Notes under the pieces: generated by a model
What the model saw: only the letters and a program-made list of their open reading frames with translations
Told to the model about the DNA's origin: nothing
Databases searched by the model: none
Made by a program: the position numbers and the translations under genes
Part shown: positions 13,901 through 26,962 of the stretch, piece by piece
Numbering within the stretch: the stretch's first letter is position 1
How the letters are laid out: every line of letters starts with the position of its first letter
Assembly: GCA_050273025.1 (NCBI GenBank)
Contig: CP158636.1
Span: 5,828,001-5,892,000, forward strand
Length of the DNA: 64,000 nucleotides
Direction of reading: 5' to 3'
Source of the DNA: Cenococcum geophilum
Lineage: Eukaryota

Positions 13901-16900
13901 TCTTTAAATTAATATAAAGTCCTACGTCCCTAAAGCGCTATAGGACCTTTTAAACGTGCTTGGTATGCTTAAAAGGGTTATTATTATAAATAAGTATATC
14001 GTCCAGGTACGCAGAGCAGAAGTCGTCAAGGTAGTCCCGTAAGGCGTTATTAATATAGCTTTAGAAGCTGCCTAGGCCGTTATATACGCCAAAGGGCATA
14101 ACGGTATATTTAAATTGGCCAAAGCGTAATACAAATGCGGTTTTTTATTTATCACCTTCTCATATTCAAAGGCAGTTAAAGGCGGCAATAATATCAAGCT
14201 TAGTATAGATTTTGGCTTAGCTAAGCCGCTTAAAAGTCTCACGTATAAGCGGTACGGGGTATTAATTCTTAATTATAATAGCGTTAAGTCCTCTATAGTC
14301 AACGCAGAATTAAATACCTCCTCCTAGCTTCTTAGCAAGGAGGATAAAGGCAGCTGCTAGGGATATACTAAGGCGAATAAACCCTTTATCAAGGTGTTCG
14401 TTAATATACTTTTTAACAACTAGAAGTTCGTCTTTTAATATTAGGTAGGGTCTCTTATAGGGTAGCGTTTTTCCTTATTTAATATTAATGGTATAGTTAT
14501 TAGGTCGATATAGGGGAAGTATATCTACGCTCTTTTATAAGCACACGTTAATAAAGTTATAGTACCTCTTAGAGAGGAGCTTACGGAGTTCCTTATTAGT
14601 AAGTCCTTTTTTAAGCTTTATAAACTTCTTAAAGTCTAAAGGTAAAAGTCCGTAGAGTTCTACGGGGGCATCGTTTTCTAGGAGGTCGACTATATCTATC
14701 CTATTACTATAGAGGATATAGTCCTATTCTTTATTAAGCTTATATAGTTATAATCAAAAGGCTATAGTAATAGTTTAGCCTTTCCTACATACTATACGGT
14801 AGAAGGCCGCGGCACTTACATAGTGGCAGTTAGTTATAGGTAGGGTAATAAGGGGTTCCTTAGGTTGGTATCCTAGGGAGTAAATAGAGGCGGCTAGGCC
14901 ATATCCTAGGCAGGTCTCTTTACAGTATTTAGAGTTAAAGATTACTTCTCTCTTTTTCCAGTTAATGGCGGGGTTATATTATTCGAGCCAGTTCATTCTA
15001 AGGATAATAGGGTAGTTAGTAAGTAGTATAATATAAGCCCAGAGTTCTTCCTAGTGCCTATTTATATCTAGGTAGAGTTATATCATATAGGTAATCTTCT
15101 ATACGGTATAACTACCGTCGGCGAGTTATAGAGCGCAGGCTTTAGTAAGGGGTAAGGTAGGTAGGTTATAAGTACGCACGAATTAGATATTTACAAATTT
15201 ATTAATAGCTCCGCAATCAATCATAGAACGGCTTTTATATTATTTTTTAGCAGTAGTTCCTATTACGGGTAAAACTATCTATTTCCGTCTATTTATTTTT
15301 ACTAAGTTATCTATTAAGCAGGCCGATATATAGATCCCCTTATCGTTAAAGCGTCCTAACCTACAACTTAGGGCTAGGACTTAGCGTTTTCCGTTTCCGT
15401 ATCTAACTCTACCGCTATTACTACGTCTTCGTCTTATACAGTAGTAGCATATAGCAACATATTTAGTATTCAAGGTACTAGGTTAGATATTAGGCGGTAG
15501 CTACTAAACCTAGCCATTAGGCAGTTTAGGCTATAGCTATAATAGCCTTCTTAATAATATCTATAGCAACGCTTTAGCTTCTAAAGTAGCTCGCGTTCTC
15601 CGTCTAGTAGCTTCTACGGGAAGATTAATATAGAAAGGTCAATATTAGGACCAGTAGTGTTACTTAGGGTAGTAGGCGTTAGTAGTTTAGTAGGTCCGGA
15701 GGGCTTCTATAAGGAGATCTTTAGATAGGGGTTTATAGTAGCGATCTAATTCAGTCGTCATTCAATCTTCCATATAGCTGCTACTATATCATAAACATTA
15801 TTATAGTTATAGCTAGCGGCTGCGTAACTAAGGCGATAAATGACTTTTTTAAAGAGATCTTTCTAGTCTTCAGTATCGTCTCGGGCGAGGGCTCCGGTAT
15901 ATTCCTAGAATTTAACATAAAACTTATCAAATGATTTGGTAGGGCTCATCTTTAGGGCACATAGTTTAGCTTAATTGGTGGCCAGTAGGTTATAGTCACG
16001 GTATATTAAGTCAAGATCGTCAAGGACTTCTTAGTAGAACTGCTACTTTTAGGGGCCATTAGTCTCCCATTAGGCGAAGAGTCTATTAAATAGTATACCC
16101 TTTATTCGCCCAATAATATAGCCAATCTTAGTATCTTCCATAGGAAAAAGGCAGGCGCTCTAAGTTAGTTTCTTGCGGATTTACATCTTCTAGTAGCTGT
16201 ATTCTTTACGGTCTCCCTAAAAAACTAGGGGATTAGGGTAACATACATTAGACCCTATAGTAGCAGCTTAGGTTCAGTCGTTATAGCTTTTATTATTACT
16301 TTAATAGGGGTTCCCGTTAGGTAAGGCTACTCGGCGCTAACCCTCCGTTAAGCGTTAAGTAGGTAAAGTTGCCAGGGGTATAAAAACTTAAGTGGCGTTA
16401 TATGCAGTAGAGAGGTATCTAGTATTATTACAAATGTGCTCGTTAAGCTAAGATTATAGGTATTTAATTATGCCTTCTCTTTTAGTAACCGTAGCAATAA
16501 GTGCAATCTTAGCCTTCTTTAACTATTAGACGTCGCGTTCAGACACGCGGAGGTTATCTTTAGTTTCTTAACACGTGTTATTAGCGAGCGCCTTATAAGC
16601 TTATAGGTCTTAGATAATATCGCGATCTTAGGCAGTACGCATCTCAGCTTATATAAGCTTTAGGTAGTAGTTCTATAAAAGGCGGTAGTATTTATTAGGT
16701 TCTTATGCTACCATTTTTACAAATATCTCGGCGTCTCGTATTTCGATTTTAATAGGTAGTAGCCCTTCCGCTTACTTATCCATAGTTATATAGTTAATAA
16801 AAGATAAGATATTATCAGTGTCCATCTCCTTAGGGGTTAAGGCTAAAGCTAATAAATCAAATTCTCCTGGGATTGATTAGCGTCGTAGGTTAAGTATAGG

Positions 16901-17277
16901 TATTAGATTATTCTTTAGGTTTAATATAGTGGCTAGTAAGGAATATCGTCTTACTATTATAGATTCCTTAGAAGTATAAAGTGAGGTAACTCATAGGCAC
17001 GCTACTTCTAGCAGCGCCTATAGTATTATAGAGACGTAGAATTAGTCATAGGCTAGGTATCAGTAGTAAAAAAGGCACAACGTAATGTCACGGGACGGGG
17101 CAGTAGCTATAAGACGTATGTATTCAAGGAGTCTACAAGACGTTACGCGATCAATCGTAAGGGTTAAGGGCATAAGGAGGTAATATACCTACGCGTAGCT
17201 GACATAAGCTGTACGCGAGGTGTACGCGAGAGCACGGGGCTCTCCTATGGAGGCCCCTACGGTGGGGTTCCGTAACA
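10933..17277 (-). mobile_element. Ty3/Gypsy chromovirus LTR retrotransposon B, RIP-degraded, nested in A
   Basis: TSD GTAGG at 10928-10932 and 17278-17282. 192-bp LTRs at 10933-11124 and 17086-17277. RT motif CSAYLDDI (~13995-14020, minus). Chromodomain-like segment at ~11460-11660. Confidence 0.93.
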
Positions 17278-17517
17278 GTAGGTTTCTTTAGCGTCTGTTA
17301 GGCCGTAGTTTACAGTATAGGGTTTATAGTCTTCCTTAGCTTACGTTCTATTTTCCATAAGTTATCCTTCCTATTTATTAGTTTAGTATAGCGTCTAATA
17401 TCCCTAGCTTTTCTTTATAGCTTTGTAGGGTTCTCTATAGGGGACTTAGCTAGGTCACTATTAACTTCCTAGGTCTTTAGTGCGGGTGGCGTAATATAGG
17501 TAGTTTAAGGGCGGCGT

Positions 17518-20500
17518 TGTCACGGCTTAAACAAATGCCTCTAAACCAAAGCTTAAACGAATACTGTATTACGAAGATACTAAGCTAAAGAGAAGGAAAA
17601 AGGGGTCGCTAGAACTAATGTAAACAAATATATAGGGTAAGCTGCTAAGGCGCTAGCTTTAGGCGGGCTAATTACAGGTCGGCAGAATATAGCAGAATTT
17701 GGCAGGTAACGTACAATAGCGCCATTACATCACCCCCCTCTTTAAAAGAAAGCCTGCCCTTAGGCTTAGTTAGAAAAAATAGGGTAGCACTAGGCTTATA
17801 AATATAGGATTATAAAAATATAAGATAAGGAGGTAAAGGGGATACAAGTCCATCCTAACTAAGTATAAAGGGCAATTATAGGCTAAGTAGAAGCACTAGG
17901 CCAGAAAAAGTAGCCGCTAAAAGTCTTAGCACGGATCTAACTAATTAGACAACTTTAACCGGTGGTTAAAGTTCCTAGATATCTAAAATTTTATAGTACT
18001 AGCAGAAAACGGCAGAATATAGCAGAATTTAGCAGATAGCTGTATTAGGGCTTTGGGGCGTTTTTATCCCTATATTCTTTTAGTAACTTATTATTTTTAT
18101 TATACCAGCATTCTATCTATTTATCTAGGTACTTTAGGGGTCCAGGCGTATTAGGGTATTAGTTATAAAATTCTTTAAGCTTCTAGGGGCAGCCTATAAA
18201 GTTTTACGTAGAATACCAGGTTAAGTTAAAATTATAGCCCTTCTATTAAATACGGTATTTTAGCGCTCCCTATACTATCTTATAGGCCAGTATTTCGTTA
18301 ACCTCCTATTTATTATTACCGTTTACTTAAACTAGTAGAGGAGGCTTATTCTTTTATCCAGGTAATAGGTTATTTATAGCTTTCCGTAACTTATCTAGTA
18401 AGAAAATAGGGTAAACCCTAATTAAGTCTGGGAGCTTTATCTTATATAAGTTACCTATCTTTTTAAAAACCTTATACGGTCCTACTATCTAGTAGTCCAG
18501 CTTATAGCTAGGTTATTTAGTCCTCTAATTCCTTATTATAACCTAGACTATATCGCTAGGGGTAAAATCGGGCTCTTAACAGTATTTATTCGCCTACTAT
18601 TCTATTAACCTCTAAGCTTTTTCTAGGTTCTTACGGGCTACCATCTAGGCCTCCTCTAATCGTTTAGCGTACTATTAGGCCTTAGTATAAGATAGCTTCT
18701 CTTATATAGTCTGGGGTTCTTCTAGCCTTTTCCAGTTAAAGCTTATATAGGGTAAGTATCCTATTTTTAGCTAAATTGGGGCAAACCCTGTAGAGTCATA
18801 GGGTAAGGTTACTTGCGCGTAGTCTATTAAGGGTAGTAGTTTAGACTAGTTGTTCTAGAAATAGTTAATAAAGGGCCTAAGCCTCTAGTCCAGGTACTAA
18901 TTTATAATCTCTATCTAACCGTCTATCTAGGGGTAATAAGCCGTAGAAAGCTTTAGCTTAATACCTAGAATCCGGGTAAACTTATTCTAAAAGGCTAATA
19001 TAAACTATAGCCTATAATCGGATATAATAGTATCTAGTAGTCCGTAGATTTGGTAGACGTAATAGACATATAGCCAGGCTACCTCTTTAGCATTAATATT
19101 CTTATAATATAGAATTAAAAACGGGCGTTTACCAAAGTGGTTAACTATAACTATAACTATATTATATCTATTACGGTCCCTAGGTAGTTTATAAAAGTCT
19201 ATAAAGATATACTGCTAAGGGCGCTCTAGTATTAGGAGTGGCTTAAGTAGTCCTAGGGTCTTATCCTATGGGATTATAGCTTTCTAGTAGTCTTCGCAGT
19301 TCCATATATATTAATTAATATCTATAACCATTCTCGGCTAGTAGTAGCGGTAGTTAATAATTTTACGGGTCTTATTCTTACCAGGGTATGCTATAAAGAC
19401 TTAGCAATAAGCTTCGCGGATTAATTCGGTCCATAAATTATTAACATTAGGGACTATAAGCCGCTCCTAGTATAGGAGCAATCCTTCCTCTATCTTAAAA
19501 TTAGGGTTTCCTTTTACGGCTTATTTATAGAGGGCCCTTAGGGCGTTAGCCGTGCGGTTTACAGTTAAGAGGCGGTTAATTAGCCCTATTAGCTTATCTA
19601 AGGACTCCTCTATTAGTACTAGCTCGTTTTACTAGGAGTCTAACTCCTTAAGAATCCGCGGGTTAAGCTATTCTGGATAAAGAAGGGCACGCGTCTAATA
19701 TTAGGTCTTTAGCTTATCCTAGGGTCCTATATCTTATTCTCTTCGGGTTAGGATATTAGCCTTAGAGTTTTACTTACTAGAATAATATATAATCGTAAAG
19801 AAGAATTAAGAGAGTATTTTAGCCTACTAGGCTTATCACCCTATAAGCTGCTTTATAGTTATAAAGTACTTTAGGGCTTTATAATCTATATATATCTTAA
19901 TCTAGGAGTTTATACCTTTAAGCTCTGCGCGCCATTAAAAGAGTAATTAAATAATAGCTAGCATTTCTTTATTGTGTACTTTATAGTTACACTTAGCCGG
20001 GTCTATTATCTTTAAAAAGAAAGCTATAGGGTACTATTTACCGTCTAGATATAACTGTAATAGGATTCCCGCTATAACCCTATTAGAGGCGTCTATTTCT
20101 AGTATTAATTTAAGGTCTAGGTTATAGTAATAAAGGATTAAGGAAGAGATAAGCCAATTCTTTACCTCTTTAAAGGCCTCTATATAGCTATTATTAAAAA
20201 CAAAAGGCGTATCCTTCCTAGTTAGTTATATAAGAGGTTTTACCATAATTCCGTAGTTATAGATAAACTAGTAATAGAAATTACAAAAACTAAGGAAGAA
20301 CTAAATTCCTTTTACTGTATAAGGGGGCTTCTAGTTATAGATTACCTCTACCTTCTTAGGGTTAACCTTAATTCCTTCTATAGTTACAATAAACCTAAAG
20401 TATTTTATACGTTTTACCCTAAACTCGCATTTATTAATATTAACTTATAAGCCCGTATTCCGTAACCTCTCCAAAACCTTCTTAATATAAACTTAATACT

Positions 20501-23500
20501 TAAGTTTATCGTCTAAGTATATAAGAATATCGTCTAGGTATACTATGTAGAATTTATTAAAGTAATTAAAAAGAACGTTATTTATATACCTTTAGTACGT
20601 AGCCAGTCCGTTTATTAGTCTAAAAGGAAGAACTTTATATTTATAGGAACTATAGCAAGTACGGAACGTTATTAAATCTTCGGATATAGGGTTTATCCTA
20701 ATTTAGTAGAAAGCTTAACGGATATTAAGTTTAGTAAAGATCTTTACCTAGCTTAAATATGCAAGGGTTTTGTTAATTAAAGGAATAGAATACCGGTCCT
20801 TTTAAGTAATAGCATTTAGCTTCTAATAGTCAATACAAAAATAAAGGCCTCTATTAGGCTTTTTTACGAATAGGATAGGGGAAGTAAAAGGGGCTTAACT
20901 TAGCTTAATAAACCCTTTATCTAGGTTGTCAATTAAGTACTACTTTATTACTTTTAGCTTATCCATTAATTAATAGTAGAGGGGGCTATAGCTTAGCAAG
21001 TTATTGGCCTCTAATTAAATCTTATAATTATATGTCTGGTAGGGGGGTAACTTATCTAAAGCCGCCTTTAAGAATACATTTTTATAGCCTATATAAATGG
21101 TAGAAAGAAGGCGTTTAACTAGTTCCTTATCGGTTTCCTTATCTAGCCTTTCCTCTCTATTATTAATAATTTAGTTAATCTTATATAGGCTTATTATAAA
21201 GACCTTATTATCCTTCTAGTATATATTAAAGTAGAATACTATAGCGCTAATTACGGCGATATCTATAATAGGGGGATTAACTAATAATAGGGGCGTATAT
21301 AACTTTAGGGACTTCTAGGGTACTAGCGTTATTATTACTCTTTTTAGCTCCTATTACATCTTTTAGAGGTTATCCCTTATATCCTATTAATACGTTCTTT
21401 TCTATAACGGTTAAATCTATACAATTTAGACGTTATCTATATTATTATCTATCCCGCTTCTATACGTAGAGTCCTCTTTAAATATAGCGCTTTAGAAGAG
21501 TATCTTTATTAATATAGAGTTTTTTCTAGCTTTATAGCGGGCGTCCTCTTAGGCAAAGGCTAGGTCACGGGCCCAGACATCCTACTAGTAGGTAGGGTTA
21601 CCCCTTATAGCTAGTGTCTTACGGTTAGTTTAGATCTCCCTAATAAAGGAGGGTAACCTTAGTCTATCCTCCGGCTAGACGAACCGTCTTTTTTATATAT
21701 TTAACTAAATATTAAAATAGGACATCTATTTTTATCTAAGGATTATATTATAGGACCCTAGGTCTAGGATGCAAAAGGGGATACCGTATTAGCGTTATTT
21801 GTTAAAAGCGATATATAACTTTAAAACGTAGGTAACAGGCCGACTGGCTTAGCCGTTATAGCCCTTTACCTAGATAGGCTTCTCTAGTTAAATAGCTTCT
21901 ATATTTAGAAACTTGGCAACATTATTTATATAGGCAGTATTTATGTCACGGAACCCCACCGCAGGGGCCTCCATAGGAGAGCCCCGTGCTCTCACGTACA
22001 CCTCGCGTACAGCTTATGTCAGCTACGCGTAGGTATATCACCTCCTTACGCCCTCGACCCTTACGATCGATCGCGCAACGTCTTGTAGACTCCTCGAATA
22101 CATACGTCTTGTAGCCACTGCCCCGTCCCGTGACAATTTATAAAGGCGAAGCCATTTGCTCTAGTGTTAATAAGGGCGGTTATATTAACTCTATATCCAT
22201 TTTAAGATACTATATATAGAACCGTGAAATACTTTCTACCTATTAACTAACTAAGATTAATCTCTTTAAGATCAATAGGGTACCTTAGGGGGAAGTCTTT
22301 TCCTAGGGTTCTTCTTTTCCCAACTTATTAGACATTTCTCCTTCCTCTATCTCCTTAATATCGCCTATATCCTTTAGCTCTAGGCAGGATAAGGTAAAGT
22401 AACCTTACTTATCACAGTTAAAGTATATAGCCGAGGTAGGGTTAATTGGAGTATTACGGCAAATACTAGTTAATAGCGTAGTATATAGCTAGTCGGGTAA
22501 GGCTTGCCGGTACGTAGTTGTAACCGCCTTTAGTATAAGAGCAGTTATAACTTATCTTTCTACTCTAGCTCCTATAGGTATAGCTAGCGAGTTCCAATTA
22601 TTACGGAGTTACTTCTGCTAATTAGGGCGGGCGTTAATCCGCTTTAGTTCTGAGTTTAATAATAGGTAATAAGCTATAAGTCTTTTATAGGTTAGTAGGT
22701 TATCTAAGGTTATAGCGATCTTTTCTTATAGCCGGATTATTAGCTTATTATATAGGTCTAATTGGTAGTTCTTAAGGGGAACCTAGCCTTCTCCTATAAG
22801 GTGTAGGAATTAAGTCTAGAATTTAGTAAAGGGTTAGTTTGGTTTTATTATTAGGTAATTATAGTTATAACAGGCATCCCGTACTTTGTTCGGGTTAACG
22901 TAAATAGCCGCTAGGTGCCGTATTATCTTATTAATAGATATAAATTGGATAGGGGAGTCGTCCTTAAACTTGGCTTAAAGGTGCCGTTAGGCGTCCCTAG
23001 TAGTTTAACCAAAGAGGTAAAGTATTTTAGCTTCTTTAGAAAGGAAATAGTTATAGTTAATATAGAGCTTTCCTTGTACTTAAATCCTCCAATTCTTAAA
23101 GGTAGGGTTTATCCCGTTAAATAGTAGTAGGGGGTTAGGAAGCTTAACGGACTTTAATTACTTTATTATTATATCCGTACTCCCTAGTATATTATATTTA
23201 GTAGAGTGAATAGGTTAGCTAGGGCTTTAAGAAGGGGAAGCCGGGCTATTTTGTAGGGCTGTAAGGCTTTCTAGGATCTCTTATAGGGTCTCTTATATAT
23301 TTCTTACTTTAAGACAATCGGCTTCCTAGCTAGCTATAAGGGCGCGAATTTGCTCGCGTATGTCTACGACATTATTATTATCTTTAATTTCTAATCCTAA
23401 TTAGATCTTAGGTTCCTCTTAAGTAGAGGTAACTCTCTTAAATAAGCTTACTTTAGGTGCCATTATTAGCTTCCTAAGGTTCGTTAGTATTATACGCTTT

Positions 23501-23905
23501 AGTTTTAATTCCAGGGGTATAGGTCTAGTCCTATCTGGCTTATAAGGTAGGATATTATCTAGGCCTTCCCAGGCAATATAGAGTTGTTTTAGTGTTTAAG
23601 TATAGCATGTTAATACATTATTGCAGACGAAGTTTCTTTAGGGTGGGATATTATTAAGGCCTTCCCAGGTAAGGTAGGGAGAGCTTAGTATAATATCACG
23701 GCTTAAACAAATGCCTCTAAACCGAAGCTTAAACGAATGCTATATTACAAAGATACTAAGCTAAAGAGAAGGAAAAAGGGGTTGCTAGGACCAATGTAAA
23801 CAAATATATAGGGTAAGCCGCCAAGGCGCTAGCTTTAGGCGGGCTAATCGCAGGTCGGCAGAATATGGCAGAATTTGGCAGGTAATGTGCGATAGCGCCG
23901 TTATA
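17518..23905 (-). mobile_element. Ty3/Gypsy chromovirus LTR retrotransposon C, RIP-degraded, nested in A
   Basis: TSD GGCGT at 17513-17517 and 23906-23910. 212-bp LTRs at 17518-17729 and 23694-23905. YLDD at ~20530-20541. Pol is collinear with that of A. Confidence 0.93.
21944..22135 (+). repeat. Solo LTR of the B family, inverted relative to B, inserted in C
   Basis: 192 bp, reverse complement of the B LTRs, TG...CA ends, TSD ATTTA at 21939-21943 and 22136-22140. Confidence 0.93.
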
Positions 23906-25821
23906 GGCGTAGTATACGGATCCGTTACGGGTTAAGCTATATATCCTTCTTAAAGGCCTAGTCTCTACACATAGTATTAGCCTAATAAATAGTATTAATC
24001 TAGGGCCGTATAAGGTTTTCTATTATAATGCTAATTTCTTTTATAAAGAAAGGGGTTAAGGGTAGAATTTTGGGCTAGATAAGCCGTCTACTCCGTACTT
24101 TAAGCTATAAGCCTAAATAGGCTAGCTATTTTCTTCCTAAGATTATATTATAGCTTCCTAAGTCCGTAATAAGAAAGGGGATGTTATACTGCCTTTATTT
24201 ATTAACGCGGAGGTAAATCCACAAGATAGTCTTAATAGGTGGCCCTATCCGTCCGTTATACCCATAAATAGGAATTAGTTTAGGCAGTTCTTCTATAGGT
24301 GTATTAAGAAAGTCAGCCAGCTTTATAGCATATTAGGTGTTAATTAGGGTAAAGGTATTTACTCTAGAGTTAGCTAAGGCAAAAGTTAAAACTTAATATC
24401 TATTGCGGAATAAAGTATAAGGGATAGTATAGCTTTTTTTACTAACTAGCTAACCTAGATTAATATATAATATATTAATCCCTTTTAACCCTAGAGAGGA
24501 GTCTTTCTCTAAAGTTCCTCTTTTTCCAACTCTATACTATCCTCCTGGATTAACAGAACCTTATCTACTTTTACCTTTATTAGGCAGTTTCTTATAGGGT
24601 GGCCTTTTTAACCGCATAAGAAGCAAGCCCCTTAATCGCTAAGGGCCTATATATAGGGGTCGCTATAGGTAGGCTAAGTAAGCGCTTAGCCCGCGGTAGG
24701 GCTAGCTATACAGCTAGTTGCTAGATTGGCGGCCGGTATAGTAGGCGTTACGGGTTATACTAGGGTATTATAGGCTGTTCTTATATTACTTATAGCTTAA
24801 TTTAAGGGATTCCTAGCCTTTATCTAGTTAGCTTATGCCTTAATTTAATAGAGGCCTTAGTTAATAGCTAGGTAATAATCCATAAGTTCTTTTAACGTCT
24901 ATATAGTAGTAAAAGCTAGTAGTACGGCCCGCTATAGGTCTAGGGTAAGCTTATTAAAGAGGTCTAGTAATAGGTCTTTTTAGGAAATCTAGGCTTATCT
25001 AGCTAGGTATAAGAAGCGGGTCTAAAAGGCCAAAAAGGTCTCCGTTATTTTTATATTTAGACTTTTATAGCTAAGGCGGGCGTTCTATACCCTAAAAGGG
25101 TCCTTATAAATAAAGGATAGGTAGTTAGTTATTTCTTCCTTAGAGAGGAAGGGTTCTGCTAAGTCCTAGGCGTATTACAGACGTAGGTGCGTCTATACGT
25201 CTCCGCCGGTACGGCTAAAGACGTAGGCCATTTTAGCTTAAGTAGTAGGGAAGTAGTCCGCATTAACTTTAAGCTTATCCTATAATTAAAGCTTCTAATT
25301 GTTAAATATAGGGTTAGTCCCATTTATAAGCAACGGGGGGTCTACGACCTTCGCGGACCACGACGATGCTAATGCGGTATATTAGGCTAGGGCCTTAAGG
25401 ACCATAGCAAGTCTATTTAATGGGTCAACGCTAGATATAGGGGTGTCTCTAGTTTCGAGCAGTTCTCGCAGCCGTTTAATTTTAGCATTAGCTACAGCAA
25501 GCTCCGCCTAAGGGGTTAAAACGTTAATTATTTCTTCGTCTAAGGCGTTTGCAGGTCCTATAGCTGCTTTACCTGCTACTGTATTTTATGGCATAGTAGT
25601 AGGGGTATTAGGTAATTCCGGGTAAATTTCTTTAGGGGTTCTGGTCTGTGTATATCTTATAGGTCCTTTCCTTAGGGTTCTATCCTTTTCCTTTTAGTTC
25701 TGTTCTTATAGTTCTAGTAATATCCTTAGGGTCCTATTCTATATCCTTGTCCTATTTATAGTCCTATAGATATTTTTTAAGTTCCTTTTTAGGAAGAAAG
25801 GGTGGTTAGAGCTTTAGATAA

Positions 25822-26238
25822 TGTTAGCGACTTAGTTAATTGAGATATAAGCACAGTACGGGGGTCGCGTAAGCCTGTATAATTGGATTGTCTATAAACG
25901 AGAATCTAAAGCTAGAGAAAGGAAAGGAGAAGAAAAGCAGCGCCGGTCGAAGTAGGGTTCTTTTATATGGTCCTTTAGTCACGTGACCGCAAAGTTCTAC
26001 CAAGTTCTACCACCAAGTTCTGCCGTTTTTTGTTACGGCACTGACCTGACACGTTGTTATGACTTAGTATTGTTATGACACGAGCATAGACCTGACCCCT
26101 AAGCGACGTGTATATATACCACCTCACCTCCTACATAGATCCTCACACGACATCGTTTGTTAATCATATACAGTTACCTCGTACATCGTACCTTGACAGT
26201 CCGCACGTACTGTGACATTTTCTGCCAGTGCCGTAACA
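25822..26238 (-). repeat. 5' LTR of element A, interrupted by a solo LTR at 26031-26217
   Basis: TGTTAGCG...CCGTAACA followed by TSD GGTAC. Confidence 0.9.
26031..26217 (+). repeat. Solo LTR of another family, inserted in the 5' LTR of A
   Basis: TGTTAC...GTGACA ends, central TATATATA, TSD TTTTT/TTTTC at 26026-26030 and 26218-26222. Absent from the other A LTR. Confidence 0.85.
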
Positions 26239-26962
26239 GGTACTCTATGTTAATTAGCCACCCTGGGCCTAATTAATACTTAAGCCTCTTCTATACCTAG
26301 TAGTAGCGAATAGCAGCCGTTCTAGGCAGCTGGCTATATATAAGCCTACGTTAATTAGACGGTCCTATAGGATATTACATTTTAGCAAGCTATAAGTACT
26401 TATACTCGCGCGTTGCTAATATTTAACCATTTTTATATATAGGAATGTCTGGTAAGCTTATATATATTACTAAGCAGCTAAATAAAGTCTACCTTTAAAC
26501 GCTAAAGCCTTAATATTAAAGACCTCCTTATTGTTTTATAAAGCAAAATCTACTTTAGCTGCGATATCTAGACGTTAACGAACGGCATATTACTACTTAG
26601 CGTAGTAGCTTACTTAATTAATAAAGGTAGCAAGCTTTAATTAATCCTTATAGGACTCCCCTAGATATAAGGCTTATATACCGCTAAGAATATAGCAATA
26701 GCTTTAGCAGTAGTTATTTAGAAGTATTAATTTAAATATAAGCTTAGCTGCTTAATGGCTAATAACGCTACTAATAACGATAAGCTCTATAAGCACCTTT
26801 TTAAAAGCCTCTTTATACTAAAAAGGGAACGACTCCAATATATTGGCCATATTCTAAACCTTACCGTTAAGGCCCTAATATACAGTAAAGGCGTTAGCAA
26901 GCTTAAACGCTTATTAATTAGTATAAGCGACAAAGCTAAATTTAACCTTATATGGCAGAGAG

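Larger units (their letters stand above)
7407..26238 (-). mobile_element. Ty3/Gypsy chromovirus LTR retrotransposon A, RIP-degraded (host of B, C and a solo LTR)
   Basis: 5-bp TSD GGTAC at 7402-7406 and 26239-26243. LTRs at 7407-7631 and 25822-26238. C-rich PPT complement at 7632-7647. Minus-strand chromodomain (~7700-7960), integrase, RNase H, RT (YLDN from YLDD, ~10160) and gag (~24500-25600) remnants. Confidence 0.92.
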